Assembly (NCBI GenBank): GCA_964397715.1
Contig: CAYNKE010000002.1
Location: 15,267-57,990 of the forward strand
Direction of reading: 5' to 3'
Source: an uncultured Bifidobacterium sp.
GTDB taxonomy: Bacteria > Actinomycetota > Acidimicrobiia > Acidimicrobiales > Ilumatobacteraceae
Length of the DNA stretch: 42,724 bases
This document shows, piece after piece, positions 16,535 to 24,823 of the stretch. The translations under genes were made by a program, and so were the position numbers. The notes under the pieces were generated by a model, which worked only from the letters and a program-made list of their open reading frames with translations, made no database searches and was not told where the DNA came from. Every line of letters begins with the position of its first letter. Within the stretch, counting starts at the first letter, position 1.

Positions 16535-17887
16535 TCAGTCGGCGAAGAGCACGCCGGGGTTCATGATTCCGTCGGGGTCAAGTGCCGCCTTGATCGCCCG
16601 CATCGCGGCGATTTCGGCCGGCGAGCGATTGAGGTGCAGCCATCGGGCCTTGGCAACTCCGATGCCGTGCTCGGCCGAGATGCTTCCGCCCGCGCCAACG
16701 GCTGCTTCGAGCACCGCAACCGACACGGTGTCATCGCGATCGAGTGCTCCCGACACGTTCACGTGCATGTTGCCGTCGGCGGCGTGTCCGAACACGAATG
16801 TCCGAGCATTCGGCGCGACTCGTTCGACCACGTCCCCGATCGACTCGATGAAATCCGCCAGAGCGGAGATCGGAACGGTGACGTCGAACTTGAGTGGCGG
16901 CCCGAGCGTGTTGATCGACGGCGTGTGCTCGTCGCGGAGGCGCCACAACGAATCCCGCTGGCTGGGAGTCACCGCGATGGCCACGCCCGTGGTTCCTGAC
17001 AGTCCTTCGAGAAGGACGCCGAGACTCTCGCTCTGGTCCGCGACCCCCGAACACTCCACCAACAGATAGGCGGCCGAGGGCCCGACGGGACTCGTGACTC
17101 CGGTCGTCTCTCCCACCAACTCGACTCCGCTCCGAATCATCAATTCGGCGGCGTCCACGGTGTCGAGCGATCCGCAGATCGCGGCCATTGCCGACACGGC
17201 GTGGGAGGCCGATGTGAACCCGACCAGAGCCGTCACCCGCGAGGGTTGCTCGACCACCAAGCGAACACGGACCGCCGTCACGATTCCGAGCGTCCCTTCG
17301 CTCCCGCACAGCAGACCCGCGAGATCGAACCCCGTGTTGTCCTTCACGAGGCCCTGAAGGTGCGACACGACCTCGCCGTTGCCGAGCACGGCCTCGACAC
17401 CCACGATCTGCTGACGGGTCATCCCGTACCGCACGACGTTGATGCCACCGGCGTTCGTGGCCACCGAACCGCCAACCGTTGCCGACCCGCGGGCTCCGAA
17501 GTCGACCGCGTACCGCAGCCCAGCGGCTCGAGCAACCTCGTGCAGATCGTGAATCGTGGCCCCCGCACCGACCGTGACCTGACGGGAGAGCGCGTCCACC
17601 GGCCCAATGGCTCGCATCCGCTCGAGCGACACCACCACCTCGCCTCCGCGCGGCACCGATCCACCCACCAAACCGGTGTTGCCACCCTGGGGAACCAGCG
17701 CAACGTGATTCCGGCGTGCCCAGCGAACGACTCGGGCCACGTCGTCGGTGGTCGCCGGGCGTACCACGCACAGCGCGCGACCGCGGTATCGACGCGTCCA
17801 GTCGACCTCGTACCGGTCGAGTTGATCCGTCAGAACATTCTCGGCACCGACGATCGCGGACAACTCGTCGACGGTCGGCGCGGACAC
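16535..17887 (-). CDS. FAD-binding oxidase (GlcD / D-lactate dehydrogenase family)
   Basis: This is the C-terminal 450 codons of the 752-aa ORF. Motifs are VVRPATTDDVARVVRWA, LVPQGGNTGLVGGSVP, GFDLAGLLCGSEGTLGIVT and SISAEHGIG...MNPG. The GTG at 17887 is the first in-frame start clear of the divergent gene. Confidence 0.85.
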   Translation of the reverse strand: MSAPTVDELSAIVGAENVLTDQLDRYEVDWTRRYRGRALCVVRPATTDDVARVVRWARRNHVALVPQGGNTGLVGGSVPRGGEVVVSLERMRAIGPVDALSRQVTVGAGATIHDLHEVARAAGLRYAVDFGARGSATVGGSVATNAGGINVVRYGMTRQQIVGVEAVLGNGEVVSHLQGLVKDNTGFDLAGLLCGSEGTLGIVTAVRVRLVVEQPSRVTALVGFTSASHAVSAMAAICGSLDTVDAAELMIRSGVELVGETTGVTSPVGPSAAYLLVECSGVADQSESLGVLLEGLSGTTGVAIAVTPSQRDSLWRLRDEHTPSINTLGPPLKFDVTVPISALADFIESIGDVVERVAPNARTFVFGHAADGNMHVNVSGALDRDDTVSVAVLEAAVGAGGSISAEHGIGVAKARWLHLNRSPAEIAAMRAIKAALDPDGIMNPGVLFAD

Positions 17888-17947
17888 ACGATCAGGGTAG
17901 CCGTCGCGACCTAAGGTGTGATCGTTCGCACGAGGGGGAGGCGACAC

Positions 17948-18997
17948 ATGAGTGAGACGCCGCGCATCATGTCGGAAGTGACCGCCGAGTGGCTGTCGTC
18001 GGTACTCGATTGCCGCATCTCGGCCATCGACGTGCACATCATCGGGGCCGGTGAGGGGTTCATGGGCCAACTCGCGCGCGTTCGCCTCACTGGATCGGGG
18101 TGTCCGGCCTCGATCATCGTGAAGATGCCCACCGCCGATCCGGGTGGTCAGATGATCGGACAGATGATGCGCGTGTGGGAGCGCGAGCACCGCTTCTACA
18201 CCGAGGTCGCCCCGCACATGCACGGTGTACGGATCGCCGAGTGCCTCTATTCCCGAGTCGATCCCTACGTCTTGATCCTGGAAGACCTTCATCCCCGTCG
18301 AGCGGGCGATCAGGTGGCCGGCCCGACCGCCGACCAGGCCCGCACCGCGATCGACACCGCGGCCGACTTGCACGGCTCGTGGTTCGACCATCCCGAGTTG
18401 ACGAACCTCACCTGGATGCCCGACATCTCCGACCCGATGAGTGCATCGGTCGGAACGATGTTCGACATGGGTTGGCCCACGTTTCTCGCCCGCTACGGCG
18501 ACTCCCTTCCCGAGCGGGTCTTGCGCTGGTGCGAGGGATTCGCGCCGCGCGTGACCGACTGGATGACGAAGTACCTCTCGTGGCCTGTCACTCTCATTCA
18601 CGGCGACTTCCGACTCGACAACATGTTCTTCGACGCCGACGGCTCGATGACCTTGATCGACTGGCAGTTGTCGATGCGCGCTCCGAGCACGACGGACCTC
18701 GTGTACTTCCTCGGAACCAATCTGCCCACGGCCATGCGTCAGGAGATGCAGACCGAACTCATCGATCGCTACGCGAAGCGGCTGCGAACCCACGGAGTTC
18801 CCGACGAATGGAGCGACGTCGACCGGATCACCGTCGGCTACGCCGAAGGAGTCCTCTTCTACTGCACGTCCTTCGCCGCGAGCATCCTGACTCTCGATAC
18901 CGCCAACGAGCGCGGTGCCGCACTCATGGACTCGCTCGTGCGCCGCGCGTTCTCGGCCGCCGACGACTTGAACGCCGGCGCCGGCCTCGGTCTCTGA
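17948..18997 (+). CDS. Phosphotransferase-family kinase (APH / ecdysteroid-kinase-like fold)
   Basis: The ATG at 17948 is preceded by GAGGGGGAGG. The catalytic loop is HGDFRLDNMFF and the metal-binding motif is LIDWQ. Confidence 0.75.
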   Translation: MSETPRIMSEVTAEWLSSVLDCRISAIDVHIIGAGEGFMGQLARVRLTGSGCPASIIVKMPTADPGGQMIGQMMRVWEREHRFYTEVAPHMHGVRIAECLYSRVDPYVLILEDLHPRRAGDQVAGPTADQARTAIDTAADLHGSWFDHPELTNLTWMPDISDPMSASVGTMFDMGWPTFLARYGDSLPERVLRWCEGFAPRVTDWMTKYLSWPVTLIHGDFRLDNMFFDADGSMTLIDWQLSMRAPSTTDLVYFLGTNLPTAMRQEMQTELIDRYAKRLRTHGVPDEWSDVDRITVGYAEGVLFYCTSFAASILTLDTANERGAALMDSLVRRAFSAADDLNAGAGLGL

Positions 18998-19004
18998 CCG
19001 ACCC

Positions 19005-19673
19005 TCAGAGTCGCTCGGCCGACAGGTCCACCGCGACGCGACCGGCCGCTCGCCCGTCGCGTTCGAAACGGGTCTCGATTCGCCAGGACGGGCGTTCGGT
19101 CACCACGGGCCCGAATCGCTCGTCGGCGGCGAGTACGCGTCTCATCTGTGCGGCGTACAGCGGCACGTCCGTGGCCACGCGGATCTGACCACCAGGCTTC
19201 AGGACACGTGCGATCGAGGGCAACCTCTCCCCCGTGATCAGCCTGCGGTGGGCTTGGGCGTTCTTCGGCCACGGGTCGGGGAAGAAGGCCCACACCTCGT
19301 CGACCACGGCGTCGTCCAATCGCTCCAGGAACACCAGTGCATCACCTTCGACGACACGCAGATTGGTCCAACCGTGCTCGTCGACGTCCCCGAGAAGACG
19401 GGCGATCCCGGGACGGTGCACGTCGATCGCGATGACTCCGACGTCGGAGTGATCGCGGACGAACGCCGAGGCGAGATCGCCGTTACCCGATCCGATCTCG
19501 ACGCAGATTCGTTGCGTCGAGAAAACACTCGAAAGATCGAGCGAGGGGCCGGACTCACGTAACCCGAACGACGGCATGAGACGCGCATGAACTTCCGAGC
19601 GCTCGGAACCGAGACGGCGTCGTCGAGGCTTGAAGGTTCGCACCGTCCGCTCGGGCGACGTCGACTGATCCAT
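19005..19673 (-). CDS. trmB: tRNA (guanine46-N7)-methyltransferase
   Basis: SAM motif VEIGSGNGD and the hallmark FFPDPWPKNAQAHRRL. The length (222 aa) fits the family. Confidence 0.88.
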   Translation of the reverse strand: MDQSTSPERTVRTFKPRRRRLGSERSEVHARLMPSFGLRESGPSLDLSSVFSTQRICVEIGSGNGDLASAFVRDHSDVGVIAIDVHRPGIARLLGDVDEHGWTNLRVVEGDALVFLERLDDAVVDEVWAFFPDPWPKNAQAHRRLITGERLPSIARVLKPGGQIRVATDVPLYAAQMRRVLAADERFGPVVTERPSWRIETRFERDGRAAGRVAVDLSAERL

Positions 19674-19710
19674 GGGAAAGCCACGGTACAGACGACTAGG
19701 GTCGAGAGGG

Positions 19711-20121
19711 ATGGAGATCCAGTTGCAAGTCGTCTTGGCCGACTACGCCGTCACCCACGACGGCAAGGTCATGATGGCCGGCGCGGGCTGGTCGCAAGTG
19801 GGCAGCGGAGTCTTCACGAGTGCTCTGGCCCTCATGGCCAAGATCCCCTGGGACATGACCGAGCGGCCGATCCGCATCCACGCCGAACTGGTGGACGAGG
19901 ACGGACGGAACGTTCTGATCAACGCCAATCCGCTCGCCTTCGACATCGAACTCGAAGTTGCGCGGCCACCGCATCTGCGTCCGGGGTCGGACGTGGACCA
20001 GAACCTGGCGATCCAGATTCCCCCGATCGCACTGGCTCCCGGTCGGAGTTACGAGTGGCGAGTGACGGTGGATGGTCGGGGCAACCGCGAATGGAATCGC
20101 ACGTTCTTCGTGCGCGAGTAG
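19711..20121 (+). CDS. Hypothetical small protein (beta-rich)
   Basis: 136 aa beginning MEIQLQVVLADYAVTHDGKVMMAGAGW. The 13 codons upstream (from the ATG at 19672) have A/T-rich third positions, so I prefer 19711. I do not confidently recognise a family. Confidence 0.55.
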   Translation: MEIQLQVVLADYAVTHDGKVMMAGAGWSQVGSGVFTSALALMAKIPWDMTERPIRIHAELVDEDGRNVLINANPLAFDIELEVARPPHLRPGSDVDQNLAIQIPPIALAPGRSYEWRVTVDGRGNREWNRTFFVRE

Positions 20122-20212
20122 ACCCGTCACCATTCGCATGGGCTGACGAACGCGAGGCGCGGCCGTCACTTACCTTGCGATCGTTATTCGTCAACCGATC
20201 GAAGGAGTGTCC

Positions 20213-20653
20213 ATGTCATCTCTGCTCAGAAAATCGATGTTCGACGTCGATTGGCCGTCCTGGTCGACGTTTCGCAGTCCGTTCGACCGCAACGACGGTC
20301 TTCTCGACCTCATGAACGACACGGCTATTCGGGTGGAGGAGTTCGAACTCGACAAGAACTTCGTGATTCGAGCCGAAGCACCCGGAATCGACCCCGACAA
20401 AGACGTCGAGTTGTCGATGTCGGACGGCGTGCTCCGCCTCATGGTGCACCGCCAGAAAGAAAGCCGGGCGACCGACGCTCGGCACTACCGCAGTGAGTTC
20501 CACTACGGGTCGTTCACTCGCTTGATCGTTCTGCCGGCCGGAGCCTCCGAGGACGACATCAAGGCCACGTACGAAGGCGGCATCCTCGAGGTCCGGGTAC
20601 CGCTCAATGGCGCTCAGGCCAAGGAGAAGCGCATCCACATCACTCAGAAGTGA
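20213..20653 (+). CDS. Hsp20 / alpha-crystallin small heat-shock protein
   Basis: GAAGGAG lies 6 nt upstream of the ATG. The alpha-crystallin domain reads FVIRAEAPGIDPDKDVELSMSDGVLRLMV...GSFTRLIVLPAGASEDDIKATYEGGILEVRVP. Confidence 0.9.
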   Translation: MSSLLRKSMFDVDWPSWSTFRSPFDRNDGLLDLMNDTAIRVEEFELDKNFVIRAEAPGIDPDKDVELSMSDGVLRLMVHRQKESRATDARHYRSEFHYGSFTRLIVLPAGASEDDIKATYEGGILEVRVPLNGAQAKEKRIHITQK

Positions 20654-22129
20654 TCAGGCGCTGAGTCCGTAGGCCTTGCGCAAGACCTCGATCTCGGCGA
20701 AGTGCAGGTCGAGCAGATCCCAGAGGTCGGGCACCAGTTCGCGACACGCGATGAGGCCGAAGTCGAGTCGGTCGAGGTAGCTGTGCACGGTGATGTTCAG
20801 CCCCATGCCATCGGTGACGATCGAGACCGGGATGTAGTTCTCCATCTGCGCACCGCTCAGATACATCGGCTGTCGCGGCCCGGGTACGTTCGAGATCACC
20901 ACGTTGAAAGGCAGGATTCTCGCGCGATCAGCCCAGCGCAGCCGCGAAGCCAAGCGAGCAGCAGCCGTGGCCAGGACCGGTGCGGTCGCCTGGGCCCCCT
21001 GGGCGATCGTGTCCGCTGGTAGGAGTTCGAACTGTCGCTTGGCGAGTTCCATCGCCTGGTGGCAGAGCGCGACTCGCTCGACGGGGTCGGCGCAATTGGT
21101 GGGCAGGTCGGCCACGATGCCCGAGACCTGATTGCTCCACGGCACTTCTTCTTCGCCCGTACGCGTGGAGACCGGGACCATGGCACGCAGCGGTCGATCG
21201 GGCAATGCATCGTGGCCGAGCAGGTACTCGCGCAGTGCTCCCGTGCAGATGGCCATGACGATGTCATTGACGGTGCCACCCGATGCCGTCTTGAGCTCTT
21301 TCAACGTCTCGAGCGAGGACGACCGCATGGCGAAGCGACGGTGGGCCGTGATCGTCCTGTTCCACGGTGTGGGAGGCGCCGGGGTGAGCGGGAGGGTGAC
21401 TCGGTCGATGTCGGCCGTTCGTTCGTCGGAGCCGCGTCGCGTGATCGAGCGAACGGTCTTACGCACCTGACGCGTGAGTTCGCTCGCCGACGACAAGCCG
21501 AGCGAGTCGACGACTCCCTGTGTGACACGCAGCTGCAGACGCAGCGCCTTGACGGGATTGGATGCAAGTTTCGACACCGCACGACGGACCAACTCGGTCT
21601 CGCTCACCGGATCCTCCTCCGGCAGGGGTACCGGTGTGAGATCGGGGTTCGCGTCGGGTGTGGAGTCAGTGAGCATGTTGAGCATCACGACTCCCGCACC
21701 GCCGTCGATCGACGAGTGGTGGAACTTCGTCATCAGAGCCCAGCGGCCGTCGCTCAGCCCTTCGATGACGTAGACCTCCCAGAGCGGACGGTGACGATCG
21801 AGAGCCCGGCCGAAGATGCGAGCCACCTGGTCGGCGAGTTGGGCTTCAGTTCCCGGCGGAGCGAGACCGAGATGGCGAACGTGATAATCGAGATCGAAGT
21901 CGTCGTCGACGATCCAGTACGGGTGATCGATGCCGAGCGGAACGTCGAGCAACTTCTCGTGAAGTGGCCCGACCCGACCCGACAACGCCTCGAACCGCTC
22001 GTACACCGTCTTGTACGGATCGAACTCCGAGGATGGCCGGCTGTAGAGGGCCAGGCCCGAAACGTGGCCGAACGTCGTGGACGTCTCGAGATGCAAGAAC
22101 GTCGCATCGAGCCCCGACAACTGCCTCAT
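20654..22129 (-). CDS. Wax ester synthase / acyl-CoA:diacylglycerol acyltransferase (WS/DGAT)
   Basis: N-terminus LSGLDATFLHLET, active site HHSSIDG (HHxxxDG) and C-terminal NVPGP. Length is 491 aa. Confidence 0.9.
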   Translation of the reverse strand: MRQLSGLDATFLHLETSTTFGHVSGLALYSRPSSEFDPYKTVYERFEALSGRVGPLHEKLLDVPLGIDHPYWIVDDDFDLDYHVRHLGLAPPGTEAQLADQVARIFGRALDRHRPLWEVYVIEGLSDGRWALMTKFHHSSIDGGAGVVMLNMLTDSTPDANPDLTPVPLPEEDPVSETELVRRAVSKLASNPVKALRLQLRVTQGVVDSLGLSSASELTRQVRKTVRSITRRGSDERTADIDRVTLPLTPAPPTPWNRTITAHRRFAMRSSSLETLKELKTASGGTVNDIVMAICTGALREYLLGHDALPDRPLRAMVPVSTRTGEEEVPWSNQVSGIVADLPTNCADPVERVALCHQAMELAKRQFELLPADTIAQGAQATAPVLATAAARLASRLRWADRARILPFNVVISNVPGPRQPMYLSGAQMENYIPVSIVTDGMGLNITVHSYLDRLDFGLIACRELVPDLWDLLDLHFAEIEVLRKAYGLSA

Positions 22130-22145
22130 GGGGGCACGGTACCCC

Positions 22146-22169
22146 CCGACTCACAAAATGCCGAGTCGG
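22146..22169 (-). terminator. Hairpin (CCGACTC/GAGTCGG, 10-nt loop) immediately after the LuxR stop codon
   Basis: A 7-bp perfect inverted repeat in the 41-nt gap between the LuxR stop and the WS/DGAT start. There is no U-tract. It could be a terminator/attenuator or a protein site. Confidence 0.3.
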
Positions 22170-22170
22170 A

Positions 22171-22836
22171 TCAATTCGGGCGAGGGCGGCGTTCGACTCC
22201 CAGCATGAAGCGATTCAGAAGGTTCTGGTGGGTGTACACCCAGCCCATCTGTGTCCGGTTCGACAGACCCGAGCGAATGAGCATCTGGCTCACCCGATTC
22301 CTGATCGTCTGGGCCGACATGTACACAGCCTCGGCAATCTCCAGATCCGACAGCCCAATGGCGATGAGCCGGAGGATCTCGTCATCCGTCGAGTCGCGTG
22401 GCGTCACCTGGAGGTCTTCGAATCGAACCGGACGGGAGACCGAGTTCCAGAGAGGGTCGTCGACCATCGGAGAACGGCCCTCGAAGACGCTCTGGAGTCG
22501 CGCGCAGATCTGGACGGCGTCGCCACCGAGATCGACCACATCAGCGAAACCCGCACGGGCCGCTTCGATCTTGTCGACGTTCGTGATCGGGTCGGCTCCG
22601 ATGACGACCTGGCACTTCGGGACGCCCCCCTGATGCAAATACGCATTCAAGAGAAACGAGACGTCGACCATCATGCGCTGGACCAGGACGACATCGGGAC
22701 GGAAGCCGTCGATCGTGCCAACAACCTCCGACGTCATCATCCAGGGGTCGAAGGTCGCGAACTCACCCAAGTTTCCCAGGAGCGACTCGAGATCGGGGCG
22801 GGCCTCGAGCACCAATTGCCCCACCAACACCCTCAC
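22171..22836 (-). CDS. LuxR/NarL-family transcriptional regulator with a degenerate (pseudo-)receiver domain
   Basis: The C-terminal GerE-type HTH reads DDEILRLIAIGLSDLEIAEAVYMSAQTIRNRVSQMLIRSGLSNRTQM. The N-terminal domain is receiver-like (VRVLVGQ..., PDVVLVQ) but lacks the acidic pocket. I prefer the GTG at 22836 because the 37 upstream codons (to 22947) have atypically A/T-rich third positions. Confidence 0.75.
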   Translation of the reverse strand: MRVLVGQLVLEARPDLESLLGNLGEFATFDPWMMTSEVVGTIDGFRPDVVLVQRMMVDVSFLLNAYLHQGGVPKCQVVIGADPITNVDKIEAARAGFADVVDLGGDAVQICARLQSVFEGRSPMVDDPLWNSVSRPVRFEDLQVTPRDSTDDEILRLIAIGLSDLEIAEAVYMSAQTIRNRVSQMLIRSGLSNRTQMGWVYTHQNLLNRFMLGVERRPRPN

Positions 22837-22984
22837 CAGGGCCTCCGACGCAGGACTCCACTCTTCTGAGGGCCCAAGATGCCCATGACAATGGGTTAAC
22901 AAATCCAGCGGATTGACCCGACGGGACAAATGTACCTGGACTGACAAGTCAGACTGTTAAGGCCTTGCGGCTGGGCCATTCATC

Positions 22985-23060
22985 TGGAGCGGACGACGGG
23001 ATTCGAACCCGCGACCCTCACCTTGGCAAGGTGATGCTCTACCAACTGAGCCACGTCCGC
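22985..23060 (-). tRNA. tRNA-Gly (anticodon GCC), CCA encoded
   Basis: Minus-strand sequence: GCGGACG TG GCTCAGTTGGTAGAGC A TCACC TTGCCAA GGTGA GGGTC GCGGG TTCGAAT CCCGT CGTCCGC T CCA. This is a canonical 76-nt cloverleaf. Confidence 0.95.
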
Positions 23061-23136
23061 AGTGCGCTGAACACTACCGCCCGGCTACTCCCGACGACAC
23101 CCCCGACCGGACGGCCCCACACCGGTCACGGACGGG

Positions 23137-24036
23137 TCACGGTGCTTCCAGGGCCTCCGCACGCGACCGACCCCACACCGTCCCGGCTAATCCACCGAGC
23201 ACCAGCACGGCGCCCACGATCTTGTTCCAGCCGAGCGATTGGTCGTAGACGAGCCACGCCCCCACCACCGACACCACCGGGCCGAGAAGCGTGAGCAACG
23301 AGGTGACCGTGGCATCGAGATGACGACTGGCCCACGTGACCAATCCGTGCCCGATGAGACCCGGACCGGCGACCATGCCGGCGAGAAGCAAGAAGTCCTT
23401 GCCGGTGACCGACGTGAGGTCGTCGGATGCGATGAGACACCACGGTGTGATCGTGATCGATCCGACGAGGAACACCCCCGACAGGAACGTCCACCCGTCG
23501 ATACCGGCGTCACGGGTTCGCTTGAGAATGATGAAGTACACGGTCCAGCACGTCACGTTGGCCAGAGCGAACAGGTCACCTTTCCATGACGCTCCGTCGC
23601 TGTTGGCTCCGACCACGACCACCAGAACCAGCCCGAACAACGACACGAAAGCGAACGGGAGCCGCCGCAAGTCGGTTCGTTCGCCGAGGAGCCGTCCGAG
23701 TCCGAGGACCATGAGCGCCGGTGTCAGATGCGAGATCAACGTGGCCGATGCGATCGACGTGGTTCGGGCGGCCTGGAACCCGAACGACATCGAGAGGCCG
23801 AAGAAGATTCCCGGAAGGACGCACCGCTTCAGAATCGCGCCGGTCATCGGCTGACCCCACACTCGAGCGGCGACGAACATCACGGGCGTGCCCAACCACA
23901 TGCGATACAGCGCGACTGTCGTCCCCTCCACGCTCATTCCACGCACCATCAGCGGCCCGAGACCCCACGCGACGACGGCGAAGAGCACCGCCGGAACGGC
24001 GATGTCGGACGATTCCCGCGCGGCCGAATCGGTCAC
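23137..24036 (-). CDS. EamA/DMT-family transporter
   Basis: 299 aa with about 10 predicted TM segments and two EamA-like halves. The GTG start overlaps the stop of the upstream small gene (GTGA). Confidence 0.75.
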   Translation of the reverse strand: MTDSAARESSDIAVPAVLFAVVAWGLGPLMVRGMSVEGTTVALYRMWLGTPVMFVAARVWGQPMTGAILKRCVLPGIFFGLSMSFGFQAARTTSIASATLISHLTPALMVLGLGRLLGERTDLRRLPFAFVSLFGLVLVVVVGANSDGASWKGDLFALANVTCWTVYFIILKRTRDAGIDGWTFLSGVFLVGSITITPWCLIASDDLTSVTGKDFLLLAGMVAGPGLIGHGLVTWASRHLDATVTSLLTLLGPVVSVVGAWLVYDQSLGWNKIVGAVLVLGGLAGTVWGRSRAEALEAP

Positions 24037-24254
24037 GAGGCTTTCGGGCGCAGATCGATCCGCAGAACGAGCACTCCGTCCTCGATCGAGGCCGTGGCAT
24101 CGCCGATGATGGCGAAGTCCTGGAAATCGCGCTGCGCCTGTTCGATGAACAACTGGCGCTCCTCGCCGGCAACCGGCGGAAGGGGGCGCTTCTTCACGGC
24201 AGCGGCGCGGTCGCGGAACCGTTGGAGCATCGCGTCGAGATCGAGTTCGGCCAT
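24033..24254 (-). CDS. Hypothetical small protein (73 aa)
   Basis: MAELDLDAMLQRFRDRAAAVKKRPLPP... It is translationally coupled to the EamA gene and has G/C-rich third positions. No family recognised. Confidence 0.5.
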   Translation of the reverse strand: MAELDLDAMLQRFRDRAAAVKKRPLPPVAGEERQLFIEQAQRDFQDFAIIGDATASIEDGVLVLRIDLRPKAS

Positions 24255-24294
24255 GACTCCACGGTAGACCGTGTCGCTCGTCGCGGGTCGACTC

Positions 24295-24789
24295 TCAGCG
24301 TCCGAGGAGAGGATCGATCGGACCCTTGTCGTCACCTCGTGACGACGAGACGATCGGATCGAGGTCGTACAAGTCGGAGTCTTCGTCGAGGTCGTCGAAC
24401 AAGCCGTCGGCCGACGGAGCCGCCTCGACCGTCGCGAATTCGATCTCGGCCGGAATCTCGTCGTCACTGGCGACCCCGTCGACCTCCGGCTCTTCGGCGA
24501 CACCCGCGTCAGCGACTGGTTCGAGAACTTCGACGACCGCCCCCGGACGGGCGAGGTCGAGAGACTGTCGTCGCTCGACCACCGTGGACGCGATCCAGCG
24601 CTTCGTGCTCATCACGACAAGAGGAGCGAGAGCCTCGGGATCGGGGCGCGTCGAGCGCCAGAACCAGACCGTGATTCCCGTGAGGCCGACACCAGCCAGG
24701 ACCAAACCGATCGACACGATCAGGACGACCGCCGAACTGCCAGCGTCGCCCACCGAACGCGTGTCGACAGCCGCCAGGAACGTCACCAC
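24295..24789 (-). CDS. Membrane-anchored protein with an acidic C-terminal tail
   Basis: There is one clear TM segment (AVVLIVSIGLVLAGVGLTGITVWFW) followed by a D/E-rich tail (DDLDEDSDLYDLD). Tandem GTGs at 24789/24786 lie 3/6 nt downstream of a CATAAT -10-like hexamer. The longer ORF to 24864 would overlap the Fpg/Nei gene. Confidence 0.5.
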   Translation of the reverse strand: MVTFLAAVDTRSVGDAGSSAVVLIVSIGLVLAGVGLTGITVWFWRSTRPDPEALAPLVVMSTKRWIASTVVERRQSLDLARPGAVVEVLEPVADAGVAEEPEVDGVASDDEIPAEIEFATVEAAPSADGLFDDLDEDSDLYDLDPIVSSSRGDDKGPIDPLLGR

Positions 24790-24823
24790 AGCATTATGCC
24801 GGACACGAGTCGAGCGAGTCGTT

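Noticed and set aside
17888-18793. N-terminal extension of the 752-aa minus-strand ORF beyond the FAD oxidase
   Set aside because: It is antisense to the kinase gene (17948-18997), which has an SD sequence and catalytic motifs. The extension has no similarity to GlcD-type proteins, whose N-terminus begins near the GTG at 17887.
19672-19710. ATG at 19672 overlapping the trmB start in a CCATGG, as a second interlocked divergent start like the one at 593-596
   Set aside because: The 13 extra codons (MGKPRYRRLGSRG) have A/T-rich third positions atypical for this genome. I prefer the ATG at 19711, although its GAGAGGG lies too close to be an ideal SD sequence, so the start remains uncertain.
21059-22633. 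Long antisense ORFs (21059-22633, 24326-26092, 29937-31445, 38041-38610, 40845-42308, 31171-32286, 10899-11783)
   Set aside because: Each lies opposite to, or out of frame with, a gene that carries strong family motifs. Their translations are dominated by Arg, Gly, Asp, His and Pro with no recognisable domain.
22837-22947. Longer LuxR start at the ATG at 22947 (258 aa)
   Set aside because: The extra 37 codons have low GC3 (cat ttg tta aat-type codons) and add no receiver-domain sequence. The GTG at 22836 gives a canonical-length NarL-type protein beginning VRVLVG.
22941-22952. Possible DosR-type box upstream of the LuxR gene, and similar boxes upstream of hsp20 and WS/DGAT
   Set aside because: CTGACAAGTCAG has GAC-N2-GTC spacing, not the GAC-N4-GTC of the mycobacterial GGGACTnnAGTCCC core. 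I saw no matching copy upstream of hsp20 (20122-20212) or WS/DGAT (22130-22170).
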